From Camelus dromedarius (lineage: Eukaryota): a stretch of 64,000 bases of DNA. Under the pieces are notes generated by a model. The model searched no databases and was not told where the DNA came from. It was given only the letters and a program-made list of their open reading frames with translations. A program made the translations under genes and the position numbers. The stretch lies in assembly GCF_036321535.1 (NCBI RefSeq), contig NC_087437.1, forward strand, positions 120,220,001-120,284,000, written 5' to 3'. Every line of letters starts with the position of its first letter. Position 1 is the stretch's first letter. Shown here in pieces: positions 50,261 to 62,430 of this stretch.

Positions 50261-51549
50261 CCCTCAGCAGGGCGCCATCGGCGCCGGGACGTTAGAGCCA
50301 CAGAGGAGCAGGCCGGCGCGTGGAAGCCACGTGGCCACAGACACGAGGACGATGTGGGGAGCCGAGGCCGAACCCTGACTGGCGGCGGGGTCCCTGCTGC
50401 CTCATGTCCTCTGAACGGCGCCGGGACAGCCTGCGGACTCCTGCTTCCCCCGCAGTTCCTGTCTGTCTCAGCAGGGGACGTAAACCTCTGCTCACCCGTG
50501 TTTGCAAAAGCTTAAGAGTCTTTTCCTGACGACGTAAAATAGACTTCAGTCCATGAATCGCGAATAAGACGTATTGATGTGAAGGAGGCCCGCTAACGCA
50601 GGGCGCGGTGAGAGCTGGAGCTTGGTCGCAGCGCTGGCCGAGGGGCCGCCCACACCCACTCGAGACAGAAGTGCCGGGTTGTTAATTGTGTGAACACACA
50701 CACACAGACACACACAGCAACGCTTTGGAAGGCACTGACACTCAAAACTTGCTGTCTTTCAAGCTGTGGATTCTGCTGCAGGAGACTGAAGCTAGTGTTT
50801 GCATTTCAGCACATTTTAATGTAGGAAATGGGTTGTGGGTCCTGCAGGCAGGGCAGTGGGGAGGTGGTGGGCAGTGCCCAGAGACGAGAGCCTGGGGTGC
50901 GCGGAAAACCTCGCCAAGAAAGGGAAACAGTGCCAGGAGGGCTGCGGTCCTAGGGAACCCAGAGTGGGCCATCTAGAACCACCCTCCGGGAGGATCCAGG
51001 ACACCCCCTCCTGGGCACGCAGCACAGGTCCGCTGCCCTCCCTGGGAGCTGTCTGCACGTCTGACCTCCCAGCTCCCTGCAAATTGAGTTGCATCCCCAG
51101 CTGTGCCCCATCCTGCAAGCCCTGCCCACCACCGGCTGCTGGCAGGGATCCACTCGCCCACCCAGTCCCAGCAGAGACGATGACCAGGGACCCTGCAAAC
51201 CATCACTGCAGGCTTGGGGAGGAGGGGCTGACTCTGTGAGATTATTTTCCTGCACTTTTCTCCCAACAATACGAAGTGGGCTCTGCGTGATGATTCCCAC
51301 TTAAAGGTACAGGGGAAAGAAAAGACGCACAGGAGAGCGCAGGCAGCAGCCCAGTTTCCCTGCTCACACGCCCGCCGTGGTGCCTGAGTGAGCACACCCT
51401 CAGCTCCTACAAACCAAACAACAGTTCCGGGGGCCTCGGGGTGATGACACAGGAAGTATCTGCAAGCCCAGAGACCGCGAGGCCGGTGCAAAGGGACAGG
51501 GCCCCCTCTGGGTTCCATCTCATGGTGGTGCTCAACGTGGCGCCAGCTT

Positions 51550-51640
51550 ATTTAGGTGTCTCCGCCTCAGTCTTCTCATCCAGGAAATGGGAGTGTGGGT
51601 GCTGCCTGCACAGTAGCCGAGACGATTAAATCAGACTCTG
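51550..51640 (+). mobile_element. MIR fragment
   Basis: tctccgcctcagtcttctcatccaggaaatgggag...gacgattaaatcag. Confidence 0.6.
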
Positions 51641-51949
51641 CCAGGCCCAAGTGGGGAGCCCTCAGCGACTGCCAGCTGTCCTCACCCCCCGCCGACCTCC
51701 CGTGGAGGAGCACTGCACGTGACTGCCCCGGCCCCCAGGCCTACCCCTCCCCCTCCTCACTGCTCTCACCACCGGGGCAGCAGGTGCAGCAGGGCGGTGC
51801 AGTGGCCCAGGTGTCAGTGGTGGCAGTGATGCTGGTGGCCTCTACCTGGCCTTTCCCTACCCCGCACTGATAGGGGTCATGGTTGGGCCAAGACCAACAA
51901 GGAAAGTTGCCTGCACTTCTGGAAGTTATTTGCATCTCACAGCAATGAT

Positions 51950-52170
51950 TACCCTCCGATGTCGGCCCAGTGCACTACAGTGTACAAGCCCCTTGAACAA
52001 CCACGATCTCCTCTGACATTTCCGAGGCAGGTGTAACAGTCACACTGTCCTCCCCATCTTATAGACACGGGAGCAGAGCCCGAGATGCACCAACGACTTG
52101 CCTGACATGGCTTCAAATCCATTCCCTCCCCCGATGGGTTCCACTCCCCCAGGGACTGTCACCACAGATC
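51950..52170 (-). mobile_element. MIR fragment
   Basis: tgtcctccccatcttatagacacgggagcagagcc...gacttgcctga. Confidence 0.5.
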
Positions 52171-55100
52171 TCAGATCTCACCCAATTCCTCTGTGTAAAC
52201 ACCAGGCAGAGTGGAAGGAAAGCTGGGAACACCTCCAGGCACGAGCACTTTATAAGCGAACACTTTCCGCTATTGGCTTCACATGCTCAGGACAGCAGGA
52301 CAAAGAGCTACCATTTCCTTTTAAATCAGAACAAAAGCAGAAGCAGTACCTTAGCCATCATGATGGGACACCTGGACCTGCTCTCTGGGCCGCCCGACCG
52401 TCTCCGTCCTACAGAGATAAAAGGCTAGAGTTTGTCTTCAGAAAGTGGCCTCTTTCAGAGGACCACTTGTGTGCCAGCAAACAGCACGCACGTGCACAGC
52501 CCGCCCGGGTCAGCCTGGCCACTCAGGTTGTTCATTATTTTTCAGTTCCCAAAACTCGTGGGATGTTTTCGGTCACAGGGTTTGGGCTGCGGCCCTGTCC
52601 GTTGAGATGGGCAGTGGAGGGCCTGGCCCGCCTGAGTTCCAATGTCCACATTTGGGAGAGCTGGCCCTGGTGGATGGGGTCCCAGAGTGGACACTTCGAG
52701 CTCAGAGCCTCGCCCAGCAGTCTGGTGAGCTGCAGCCTTTGTTCATAATGGTCTGGGATTGGTCCCTTATGCACTCGGGTGACAATATACATAGAAATAA
52801 GTTTCAGCCAAGAATAGGGGGAGGTGGGGGAGGGGAGGCCAGAAAGGATCCCAGCTCCAGAAGGTGGCGAGGTTTTGTCTGACTTCCCATGAAGGGCTTT
52901 AAGCCCAGCCCAGCCAGACAGCTCAGCCCGGGCAGGGTGCTGGGCCTTGGCCCCCCCCCACCTCCCGCCCCTCTGCCCTCTTGCTGCGGAGCAGAGGAGT
53001 CTTTGATCCCACTCCCACCCCCGACCCCAGCCTGTCCACAGCCCCTTTGTGTTCCTTTGGGGACTGGCCTGCTCCCTGGGGTCGCGCAGTGGGTGAGGGG
53101 CACAGAGGGCTCTGAGCGGGATGCCACCCGCCCCGTGGTGCCGCTGCTGCTTGATTTAGACGCAGCGTGGGGCAGGAATCACAGCTCAGAGGGGTCCGCT
53201 GCCTCTCCCAGGGAACGCAGTCCTGGGGCCTTCTCTCCTTGCATACTTTCTCAGGGCCCCTCCCCTTCCCTCTCCTGTGTCACATTTCACGGCATGGCCC
53301 CCTCTGCCGTCACACGTGGCGTCATCCCGCCCTCCCCCCCACCCCCCGCATCAGCTGCTCAGCGAGGCTCCACCGTGTCACACGCCTCGCGTCTGCGGGG
53401 GCGAGGCCACCCCACCCCCGGCTTCCAGGGCAGGAAACGCCCAGCAGAGGAGCGGGCCCACGACCCTCCGGCGGGTCAGCCCCCACGGTCGCGGGGGCTT
53501 CCGGAACGCCAAAAGCTTCTTCACCCACTGAGCTGGATGTGTTCCCGAGACGTTGTCTCGGCTTGAAAAAATGAATCACACAGTGAATTCTCTCGGGGAA
53601 GTGGCTGTTGGTGCTGCTGGAAAATTAAGAGTGTTCTTTTCTGGGAAAAAAAAAGAGATTATTCACTGTCCTTTGGAAAGTGAATAATCTCTTCCTAATG
53701 TCCTTGATAGGAAGACGGGTTTTGCATTCTGGGTCTCTTAAGAGGAGTCATTCCCTTGGGATCGTGTTCTGGATGGAATGTGACCGGGTGGCCCCGTGGT
53801 TATTGTCCAGCGGGGACCCTGAGGGTGGGGAGGACCCAGGAACAGAGACGCCGGACAGCAGGCAGCAGCTGGACCCTCCCCGGGCCACGTGGTCTCCGAG
53901 GCCACCCTGAGCGCAGAGGGCTTCTTTGACCTCCCTTAGGGTCTGTCTGCACTGTTTTCTAGAATCACCTCCTGGGTTCCAGGGCTCTTGGTCCCCAGTC
54001 CCCAGGACAGGGGTGGGGGCCTTTCCTCTGTCCTCTGGCCACAGTCTTGTGATCTGGTTTCTGAGGCCATCAGCTCAGCAAGTGAGAGGCACAAGGGCCT
54101 CCCCCCAGAGCATTTTTGCTTCCGGTGCTGCAGGACCAAGAATGCCCATGGCCTTGAAGTGACCGACCCAAACCCACTTCCCCGCCCGCCCACCCTCATT
54201 CCACGCTGGTTGAAGCTCCTCCATCAGGCAGCAGTGGTGCAGAAGTGTGCCCCTCACGGCCGGCGGGGGCAGGGGGGCCTGCGCTCAGCAGCTCCCTGCT
54301 GTACGTCAGGCCCAGGCAAACGCCCTCTGCTCCTGGGTCCTCCGAGGGGTCTGGGACCCCCCAGTGGCTATGCCTCAGAAAGCCCTTCCAAGGGCAGGCT
54401 GGTGGCCTGTCCTGCGTCCCAGGGGCAGGAGCAGGGGTGGGCACCAGTTACATGTGAGCCAGTGAAGGCACCGTGCGCAGGAATGGATGACCCGCTTCCT
54501 CCCACATCTGGGGGAGAGACAGGCGGGGGCTGACTCAGGCCAGGTCAGCCTTTCCAGTCCCACGGGCCGTCCCCGGGACCTGCTGGGAAAGGGAACTGCT
54601 GGAAAGCGGCCGCCCCGAGGGCACGCTGTGCAGCTCAGCAGAGGGGCTCGAATCCTCAGAAGGCTTGGTGTCGGGGTCAGGTCACCGCACCTCGAGGGGG
54701 GGGACACTCCTTGGAGGAGTGGCTGGGGGGACCCCTCCCTGGGCCTCGTCCTCCAGCCCAGCTCCTGGGCCCAGGGAAGGCAGAGGCCCAGTGCCATGCA
54801 GGTCCTCAGAGAGCCGCCTTCCCCACGGTTCTTGTCCCCCCCCTCCTGTCTCCTGTGCAGCAGAGAGGGGCCTGCACAATAAGATGGGGAGGGGCCGGGT
54901 CTTGCTCCCTCCCCACCAGGGGACTGGACTTCCAGGCCTGTGAGCAGCAGAGCCCCTGAGTAGAAGCCACAGGAGATGGGCACGGTCGCAGAGCGAGAGG
55001 CTCAGGCGCACGCCTGCACAGCTGGCTCCTCACCGCATCCTTCGCTGGGTCGGGTGCTCGCCGTCCCTGGACCAGGGTGGTCCTGGAGGATAGCCCGGGT

Positions 55101-56444
55101 CAGCCCTGCAGCTTCCATCCCTCGCCCCAGTTTCCCCCAAGCCCCCATCAAAGAAGACGAACCAGGTGGTCCCCCCACCCCCACCTCAGGGCTCCAAGCC
55201 AGGTGATCCGGCCCTGGTCACACGCAGCTGCAGGACCAGCCATGGACTTCTCCAGAAGTGCTGGGAGAGAGGCCCGGGCTCCAGGGGCAGAAGCCCCAAG
55301 GAGGACAGCCCTCGGAGGGGAGAGCAGGACGCGGGAGGGGTGGCAGCCTGGAGCCCAGCCTCTCCTGGTTCCCTCCAGGGCACAGGCTTTATTCACTGCT
55401 CATCTACAGTGTGAGGACTACCTGTGGTCTCGGTCGCTTACTCCTCTTTGTCCTGCATTTTCACAGCCATTTGGAATTGTGCGAACACCGTCAGCGCGGG
55501 GCCCTGCACACACAGCCCGCACTCGCCCCTGCCTCCTGCCTCCGTGGTCAGAAAGGCCCTCTGGTCAGGCCAGGAAGGTGGGGCTGACCACGTGATGACA
55601 GTATTGCTGGGAGTGCGACCCCGCTAGCTGGACGCAGTTCAGGGTCCTGCCTTTGGAGACCCTACCGGCACCCGAGGCCCTGCTCCCAGCTGCTGGCCAG
55701 AAGAAGCACGTGCCCGGGTCCCAGGCCTCCCACTCACGCCTTGGCACAACCAACAAATGGCTGAATGGCATCAGGCTCCGGAGCCAGGCCGGCTGAGGAA
55801 ACCCCCTGGAAGATCACTTGGGGGCTGGAGGGAGCCTGGCAGAGTCCTCTCTGCCCCATGAATAATTCATGATGATGGAGGACTCCCCAGGCCTGGCGCC
55901 AGCCCCTCCATGAGCCCAGCCCCAGAACTGAAGGCCAAGTAACAGCCAAGGGGGAGGGGGAGGCATGTGAGAGGAGACAGAGCAGATGGTGTCTGAGGAA
56001 GACACCGAGGGTCAGGGTAGCCCCTGGTCTGACCTGGTTGGGGGTGGACAGACTACTGTGCCAGTGGATCTCCATGGCAACCGGCCTAGAAGCCACTGAT
56101 GAAGAACTGGGGAGGCCGAGGCTGCTCTGGACCCTGCTGTGTAAGAGGCCCCTGGCTCGCGGCATGCAGCCAGAACCTAGCTCCGGGGCTCTGGAATTGG
56201 GCACTGCCCTTGTGCAGGGAAGACTGCTCACATTTCCTGTGAGTGGAATGCTGCCTGCCTCCAACAGACACCAGAGCCCAGCCTCAGGTCTCAGGTAGAG
56301 TGCTCCAGGGCTGCCCAGCACGCAGAGATCCCGCCCACCACCCCAGGAGGCATGCCACAGATTTTTGGTTTTGTTTTCCCTGTTCTTGGCTTCCTTCATT
56401 GACTTTCAAGTCAGCAGCTTCATTTATAAAGTCTCAACCATGGA

Positions 56445-56790
56445 GAGAGTGAAAACCCAGTGACTGACAGGGGCTCGGGCAGGAGGGATGAGTCGGGGCT
56501 GCCTGGGGATTTTCAGGGCAGTCGCGCTGCTCTGCACCATCCTGCAGTGGCGGACACAGTCGTCACTCACTTGTCCAAGCCCACCGAGTGCCCAAGGCCA
56601 GAAGTGACCCCTGCCATCAGCAAAGGACTCTGGGTGATGATGACGTGTCAGCGTAGGTCCATCACGTGTACAAATGGGATGGGGATGTTGCGCAGGGGCA
56701 AGGGAAATGCGAAACCTCTGTGCTTTCTGCTCAGTTTTGCTAGGAACCTAAAACAGAGTGCTCTAAAAAATTAAGTCTATTTAAAAAAAA
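56445..56790 (+). mobile_element. Old L1 3' UTR end (L1MC1-3-like)
   Basis: ggactctgggtgatgatgacgtgtcagcgtaggtccatca...tttctgctcagttttgctaggaacctaaaac...aagtctatttaaaaaaaa. Confidence 0.8.
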
Positions 56791-57182
56791 TACAAGTCTG
56801 AAAATCTTTCAAAATGCATCTTTCCCCAACATTCAAATTTGTGTTCATTAATAAAATACCATATATTTAATGTTTAAATCTCTGCCAACACCCGCCTCGT
56901 GGTTGCGTGACGTGTTCTCATCCTGCTTGAGATGACAGAGAAGCACAAAGAGTCTCACAGCGGGTGGGTGTCCCTCCCTCCCCTGTGACCTCCAGGGATG
57001 CCCAGGAGAGCACGGGAGGGGCTGCCCCGAAGTCTAGGACAAGCCCCCCACCCCTCCGCCTGGCTCAGCTTCCTGGAGACTCCCCAGAACCCTCTTCTCT
57101 CGGTCCACCTTCCATCCTTCCAGAAGCTTCCCTGACTCTGCTCTACCACCCAGGGCCTGGAAGTAGTAAGACAAAGAATACA

Positions 57183-57290
57183 GGGGGTGGGGGGTATAGC
57201 TCGGGGTGGAGCGTGTGCCTGGCGTGCACGAGGGTTCAATCCTCAGTGTCTCTGTTAAGAGAAAAATGTTAAACAAAAACAAAAACAAAA
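57183..57290 (+). mobile_element. tRNA-derived SINE, camelid vic-1-like
   Basis: ggggtatagctcggggtggagcgtgtgcctggcgtgcacgagggttcaatcctcagt (A box TAGCTC, B box GGTTCAATCC) plus A-rich tail. Confidence 0.75.
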
Positions 57291-57594
57291 TTATGTCTGC
57301 AAGATGTAGGCGCAAAAATGACAGAATGAGAAAAGAAATCGCAGCAAAGGCCACATTTTAAATTCCACACACAGGACAAAATCCAAAAATAAGACGGAAA
57401 TTTGCATTAATTAACCGACAGATCTGGGTGATTCCCTTTCTTCTGCATTTTCAGCTGGATACTGCACTTGCCTCTTCACATAACAACGATGTTACAGTAT
57501 TTCCTATAAAGGGGATAAAAGGGTAACTCGGGCTTTCCTATCAAGTGGTTGATCAAAACGTGTTTCTAATTATTGATAGAAAAGTTTCTTTCCT

Positions 57595-59659
57595 TGGTTC
57601 AACATACGCAAATCCATCAATGTAATACATCACATCAACAAGAGAAAGGACAAAAACCATATGATCATCTCAATAGATGCAGAAAAAGCATTTGATAAAA
57701 TTCAACACCCATTTATGATAAAAACTCTCACCAAAGTGGGTATAGAGGGAACATATCTCAACATAATGAAAGCTATATATGACAAACCTACAGCCAGCAT
57801 AGTACTCAACGGTGAAAAACTCAAAAGCTTCCCACTAAAATCTGGGACAAGACAAGGCTGCCCACCATCACCACTCCTATTCAACATTGTCTTGGAAATC
57901 CTAGCCACAGCAATCAGGCAAGAGAGAGAAATCAAAGGGATCCAAATTGGAAAAAAAGAGGTAAAAGTGTCACTATATGCCGATGACATGTTACTATATA
58001 TAGAAAACCCTAAAAGGTCCACACAAAAGCTACTAGAGCTGATCGAAGAATTCAGCAAGGTAGCAGGTTACATGATTAATGTTCAAAAATCAGTTGCATT
58101 TCTTTACACTAATGATGAATCAACAGAAAAAGAAAGTAAAGAAACAATTCCCTTTAAAATAGCACCCAAATTAATAAAATACATAGGAATAAATCTAACC
58201 AAGGAGGTGAAAGAATTATACACAGAAAACTATAAACCACTGATGAAGGAAATTAAAGAAGACTTTAAAAAATTGGATTGGAAGAATCAATATTGTTAAA
58301 ATGGTCACACTGCCCAAGGCAATCTACAGATTTAATGCAATCCCTATCAATTTACCCAGGACATATTTCACAGAACTAAAACAAATCATAATAAAATTTA
58401 TATGGAACCATCAAAGCCCTAGAATTGCCAAAGCATTACTGAAGAGAAAGAAAGAGGCTGGACGAATAACTCTCCCAGACTTCAGACAATAGTATAGAGC
58501 CACAGTCATCAAGACAGCATGGTATTGGTACAAAAACAGACATATAGACCAATGGAACAGAACAGAGAGCCCAGAAATGAACCCACAAACTTTCGGTCAA
58601 CTCATCTTCGACAAAGGAGGCAAGAATATACAATGGAATAAAGACAGTCTCTTCAGCAAATGGTGTTGGGAAAACTGGACAGCAGCATGTAAAGCAGTGA
58701 AGCTAGAACAGTCCCTTACACCATACACAAAAATCAACTCAAAATGGATCAGAGACTTAAACATAAGACAAGATACAATAAACCTTCTAGAGGAAAATAT
58801 AGGCAAAACATTATCTGACATACATCTCAAAAATTTTCTCCTAGAAGAAATAAAAGCAAGAATAAACAAATGGGACCTGATGAAACTTACAAGCTTCTGC
58901 ACAGCAAAGGAAACCATAAGTAAAACAAAAAGACAACCTACAGAATGGGAGAAAATCTTTGCAAATGAAACCGACAAAGGCTTGATCTCCAGAATATATA
59001 AGCAGCTCATACAACTTAATAAGAAAAAAATAAACAACCCAATCCAAAAATGGGCAGAAGACCTAAACAAGCAATTCTCCAAGGAAGACATGCAAATGAT
59101 CAATAGGCACATGAAAAAATGCTCAATATCACTAATTATCAGAGAAATGCAAATCAAAACTACAATGAGGTATCACCTCACACCAGTCAGAATGGCCATG
59201 ATTCAAAAATCCACAAATGACAAATGCTGGAGAGGCTGTGGAGAAAAGAGAACCCTCCTACACTGCTGGTGGGAATGCAGTTTGGTGCAGCCACTGTGGA
59301 AAACAGTATGGAGATTCCTCAAAAGACTAGGAGTAGACTTACCGTATGACCCAGGAATCCCACTCCTGGGCTTGTATCCAGAAGGAACCCTACTTCAGGA
59401 TGACACCTGCACCCCAATGTTCATAGCAGCATTATTTACAATAGCCAAGACATGGAAACAGCCTAAATGTCCATCAACAGATGACTGGATAAAGAAGAGG
59501 TGGTATATTTACACAATGGAATACTACTCAGCCATAAAAACCGACAGGATAACGCCATTTGCAGCAACATAGGTGCTCCTGGAGAATGTCATTCTAAGTG
59601 AAGTAAGCCAGAAAGAGAAAGAAAAACACCATATGAGATTGCTCATGTGTGGAATCTAA
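57595..59659 (+). pseudogene. LINE-1 ORF2 remnant (reverse transcriptase plus C-terminal Cys-rich domain), disrupted
   Basis: [30 protein letters not shown] (57976-57987), [18 protein letters not shown]; frameshift near 58270, TAG at 58490-58492 and 59570-59572, natural stop at 59657-59659. Confidence 0.93.
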
Positions 59660-59974
59660 AAAAAAAAAAAACACGAACAAAGCATAAATACAAAATAGAA
59701 ATAGACTCACAGACATAGAATACAAACTTGTGGTTGCCAAGGGGGTGGAGGGTGGGAAGAGAGAGACTGGGATTTCAAAATTGTAGAATAGATAAACAAG
59801 ATTATACTGTATAGCACAGGGAAATATATGCAAGATCTTATGGTAGCTCACAGAGAAAAAAATGTGACAATGAATATACACATGTTCACTTATAACTGAA
59901 AAATTGTGCCCTACACTGGAATTTGACACAACATTGTAAAATGATTATAAATCAATAAAAAAAATGTTAAAAAA
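57595..59974 (+). mobile_element. Young, 5'-truncated lineage-specific LINE-1 (~2.4 kb)
   Basis: Long ORF2 pieces, AATAAA plus poly-A tail, perfect 15-bp TSD AAAAGTTTCTTTCCT at 57580-57594 and 59975-59989. Confidence 0.97.
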
Positions 59975-61925
59975 AAAAGTTTCTTTCCTGATGATGTCAA
60001 GGGTGTTTTTAGCATAATCAGATTTCGGAAAACCTCTGCCCAGGTGTTCTGTTCTGTTTTCATACCAGCTGTCAGATTTGGAGGAACATTCCACAGGCGA
60101 GCTCTGGCTGTGGTCCCAGAACCGGTTTCTCCTGTCCTGTGCGCACACTCCCAGGACCACGACCCGCTGGACGTGCTGGGGTCCAGACCTGACCTCTGAC
60201 CTCGCAGCCTGTGTGTCACGGCCTCTGAGGAAGGGGCGGCAGGCCATCTGTGCTCCGGATGGTGAAGACTTAGGTGCACCCAGAGGCAGCCAAAGATCAT
60301 CAGTGCAGACACCTCACTGCACCCTAGCTAGATGTGGCCCCAGCACTCTGTCCTCTCCTGCCTGGGGCCTCCTCCAAGGGGACGTACCTTGGGGCAGGGA
60401 GGGGTCCAGAGTGGAGGAGTGGTGCTATAGCTGGTTATAGTGGAGTACTTCACTTTTGCAAAGTTTATGCCAACTCAAGAGGGCTGGGGTTCCACGCTTC
60501 CCCTGTGCGAGGCCCCGCCTTCTCGGAGGCCTGAGCCTGCATTCAGAGGCCTGTGGCTCCCTGAGCATCGCCCAGAAACAGCACGTGCAGAGAAGAGAGG
60601 GCTCCCTGATGGGGGGACAGGTCCGGGGGAACCACCCCCGGAGGACAAAGGCCTTGGTCTCTTCAGGCCTTCAGTGGATTTTGCTCCCGGGTCTTAGAGA
60701 AAGTCCAGCCCAGGTCTGCAGGTGGCGCGTAGTAGGTGGCGCGGGGCAGTGGACAGGAGCAGCCCTAACAGGAGCAGCCAGCCCTGTGTCCCTCCTGTCC
60801 CCTCCCCAGCCTCCCTCAAATGAGGTTGACAGTCACCCGCACAGAGTGTAGGAGGCTTCCCCTGGAGAGCAGTGTCCACACCCGCAGCAGCGTGAGCGGG
60901 CGGAGATGTGCGCAGGCAATGAGTGAAGCAACAGCCTTGAGAAAGAGCCTGGATCCGGGGCTGTGTGGCCAGCCTTCACGGGATGAGGTCTGGGCCAGAA
61001 AGGAGGGGCCGAGGCAGGGTTCCCGAGGGCGCACGGAGGGAAGACAGGCGAGGGAACCCAGCGCTCTGCCCTCACCCTCCTGAAGGCTGGTGGCTCACAG
61101 CATTGAGACGTGGGGAGGCCTGCCAGGGAGCAGTGGGGCGGGTGACAGGGGCCGGGCAGAGGGGCCCGGGGCTTGTGTCCCTCATCCCCGTGACTGTCTG
61201 TGCCCGGCGGGGGCTGAGGAAGGAGGAGCGGCCAGGATGCGCCTCCGCTTCCAGAACAGCAGGTTGCGGGTGGAGGGCCAGGCCTTCGTCAGTCACAACA
61301 GGAGAAGTTATGCTGATGTAACAAGCAGCCCCAAGGTCTCAGAGGCTGAAGGCCTCCTGATTTATTTCTCACTTGCAGGAGCACCTATCACAGTGGACAC
61401 TCGTGGAACCTGCGGTTACCATTGCAGGAGATGGAGGGAGACCTGGAGATAAGGTGCAGGGCCCTAAAGGCCACCCTCGATGTCCTATGTCACCCAGCTC
61501 ACCTCCACTGGCCAGATGAGTCTCACAGCCACAACGGAAGGGCACACACTCCTGCCTTGTGGACACAGGCTGGGAGCAGCTCTGTGACGGCCGCTCCTGG
61601 GGCTGGAGGGGATACAGCTGGGAGGGGGCAACGCAAGTCAGTTTGGGGCCCAGGGGGTGAGGCACTGAGAGAACCAACCTCACCAAGGCCCATCTGAGCC
61701 GTGGATCCCCTGGTCTAGGGGTGATGGCACCCACAGAGGGGAACAAGTCCCAGAGGGGCTGACTCCTGGCCCCGACAGCCACAACCACGTGGAGGGGGAG
61801 CTCCAATCAGAATAAAGGTGAAGGTGCCCTCCCCGGGGCCAGGGCTCGCCATGTGTCCTCCTCCTACTGGGTGCCACAGGGAGTGAAATAATTCCGGGGA
61901 TCTCTTTACTGGGGTTTAAGGCCAA

Positions 61926-62116
61926 TTTTTTTGAAGTATAGTTGATTTACAATGTGGTACTAGTTTCAGGTGTACAGCGAAGTGATTCAGTCATACATAT
62001 ATACGTATTTTTCAGATTCTTTTCCTTTGTAGGTTATTTCAAGATATCGAACAGAGTTCCCTGTGCTGTACAGCAGGTCCTTGTTTATCTGTTTTATATA
62101 CAGCAGTGCGTACATG
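61926..62116 (-). mobile_element. Short cetartiodactyl-type L1 3' tail
   Basis: tttttttgaagtatagttgatttacaatgt...ttcaggtgtacagc...gttccctgtgctgtacagcaggtccttg. Confidence 0.85.
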
Positions 62117-62289
62117 AAGGCTGGTTTTAAAACAGCCGTTTACCTGATGAGCTGGGAAATAGCTGCTTTCCTCGTGTGGCAGCGACTTCACACACTTCAT
62201 GTCCATCCTGAGGTCTGGGGAGCAGAGTCTGGGCTGCCCTTCCCTACCCCACTCCAGCTCCTTAAACTGCTCCCAGCTCCCCCACCACC

Positions 62290-62430
62290 ACCCTAGGACC
62301 TTTCCCCTCACTCACACACCCTCTCCTGCCTCACGTGCTTCTCCCCTTCTTCATCTGACAAGTATTACAAGTTCTTCCAGACACCTTGCTGATGTCACCT
62401 CCTCCAGGAAGCCTGCTGAGCCTGCCCTGT
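62290..62430 (+). mobile_element. LINE-2 fragment
   Basis: gatgtcacctcctccaggaagcct motif. Confidence 0.5.

Noticed and set aside
57183..57250. tRNA gene
   Set aside because: A and B boxes are present but the cloverleaf is broken (segment missing before the B box) and an A-rich tail follows; it is a SINE.
58597..59157. Hydrophobic antisense ORFs over L1 elements (also 57702-58058, 47190-47594)
   Set aside because: Ordinary antisense reading frames of A-rich L1 ORF2.
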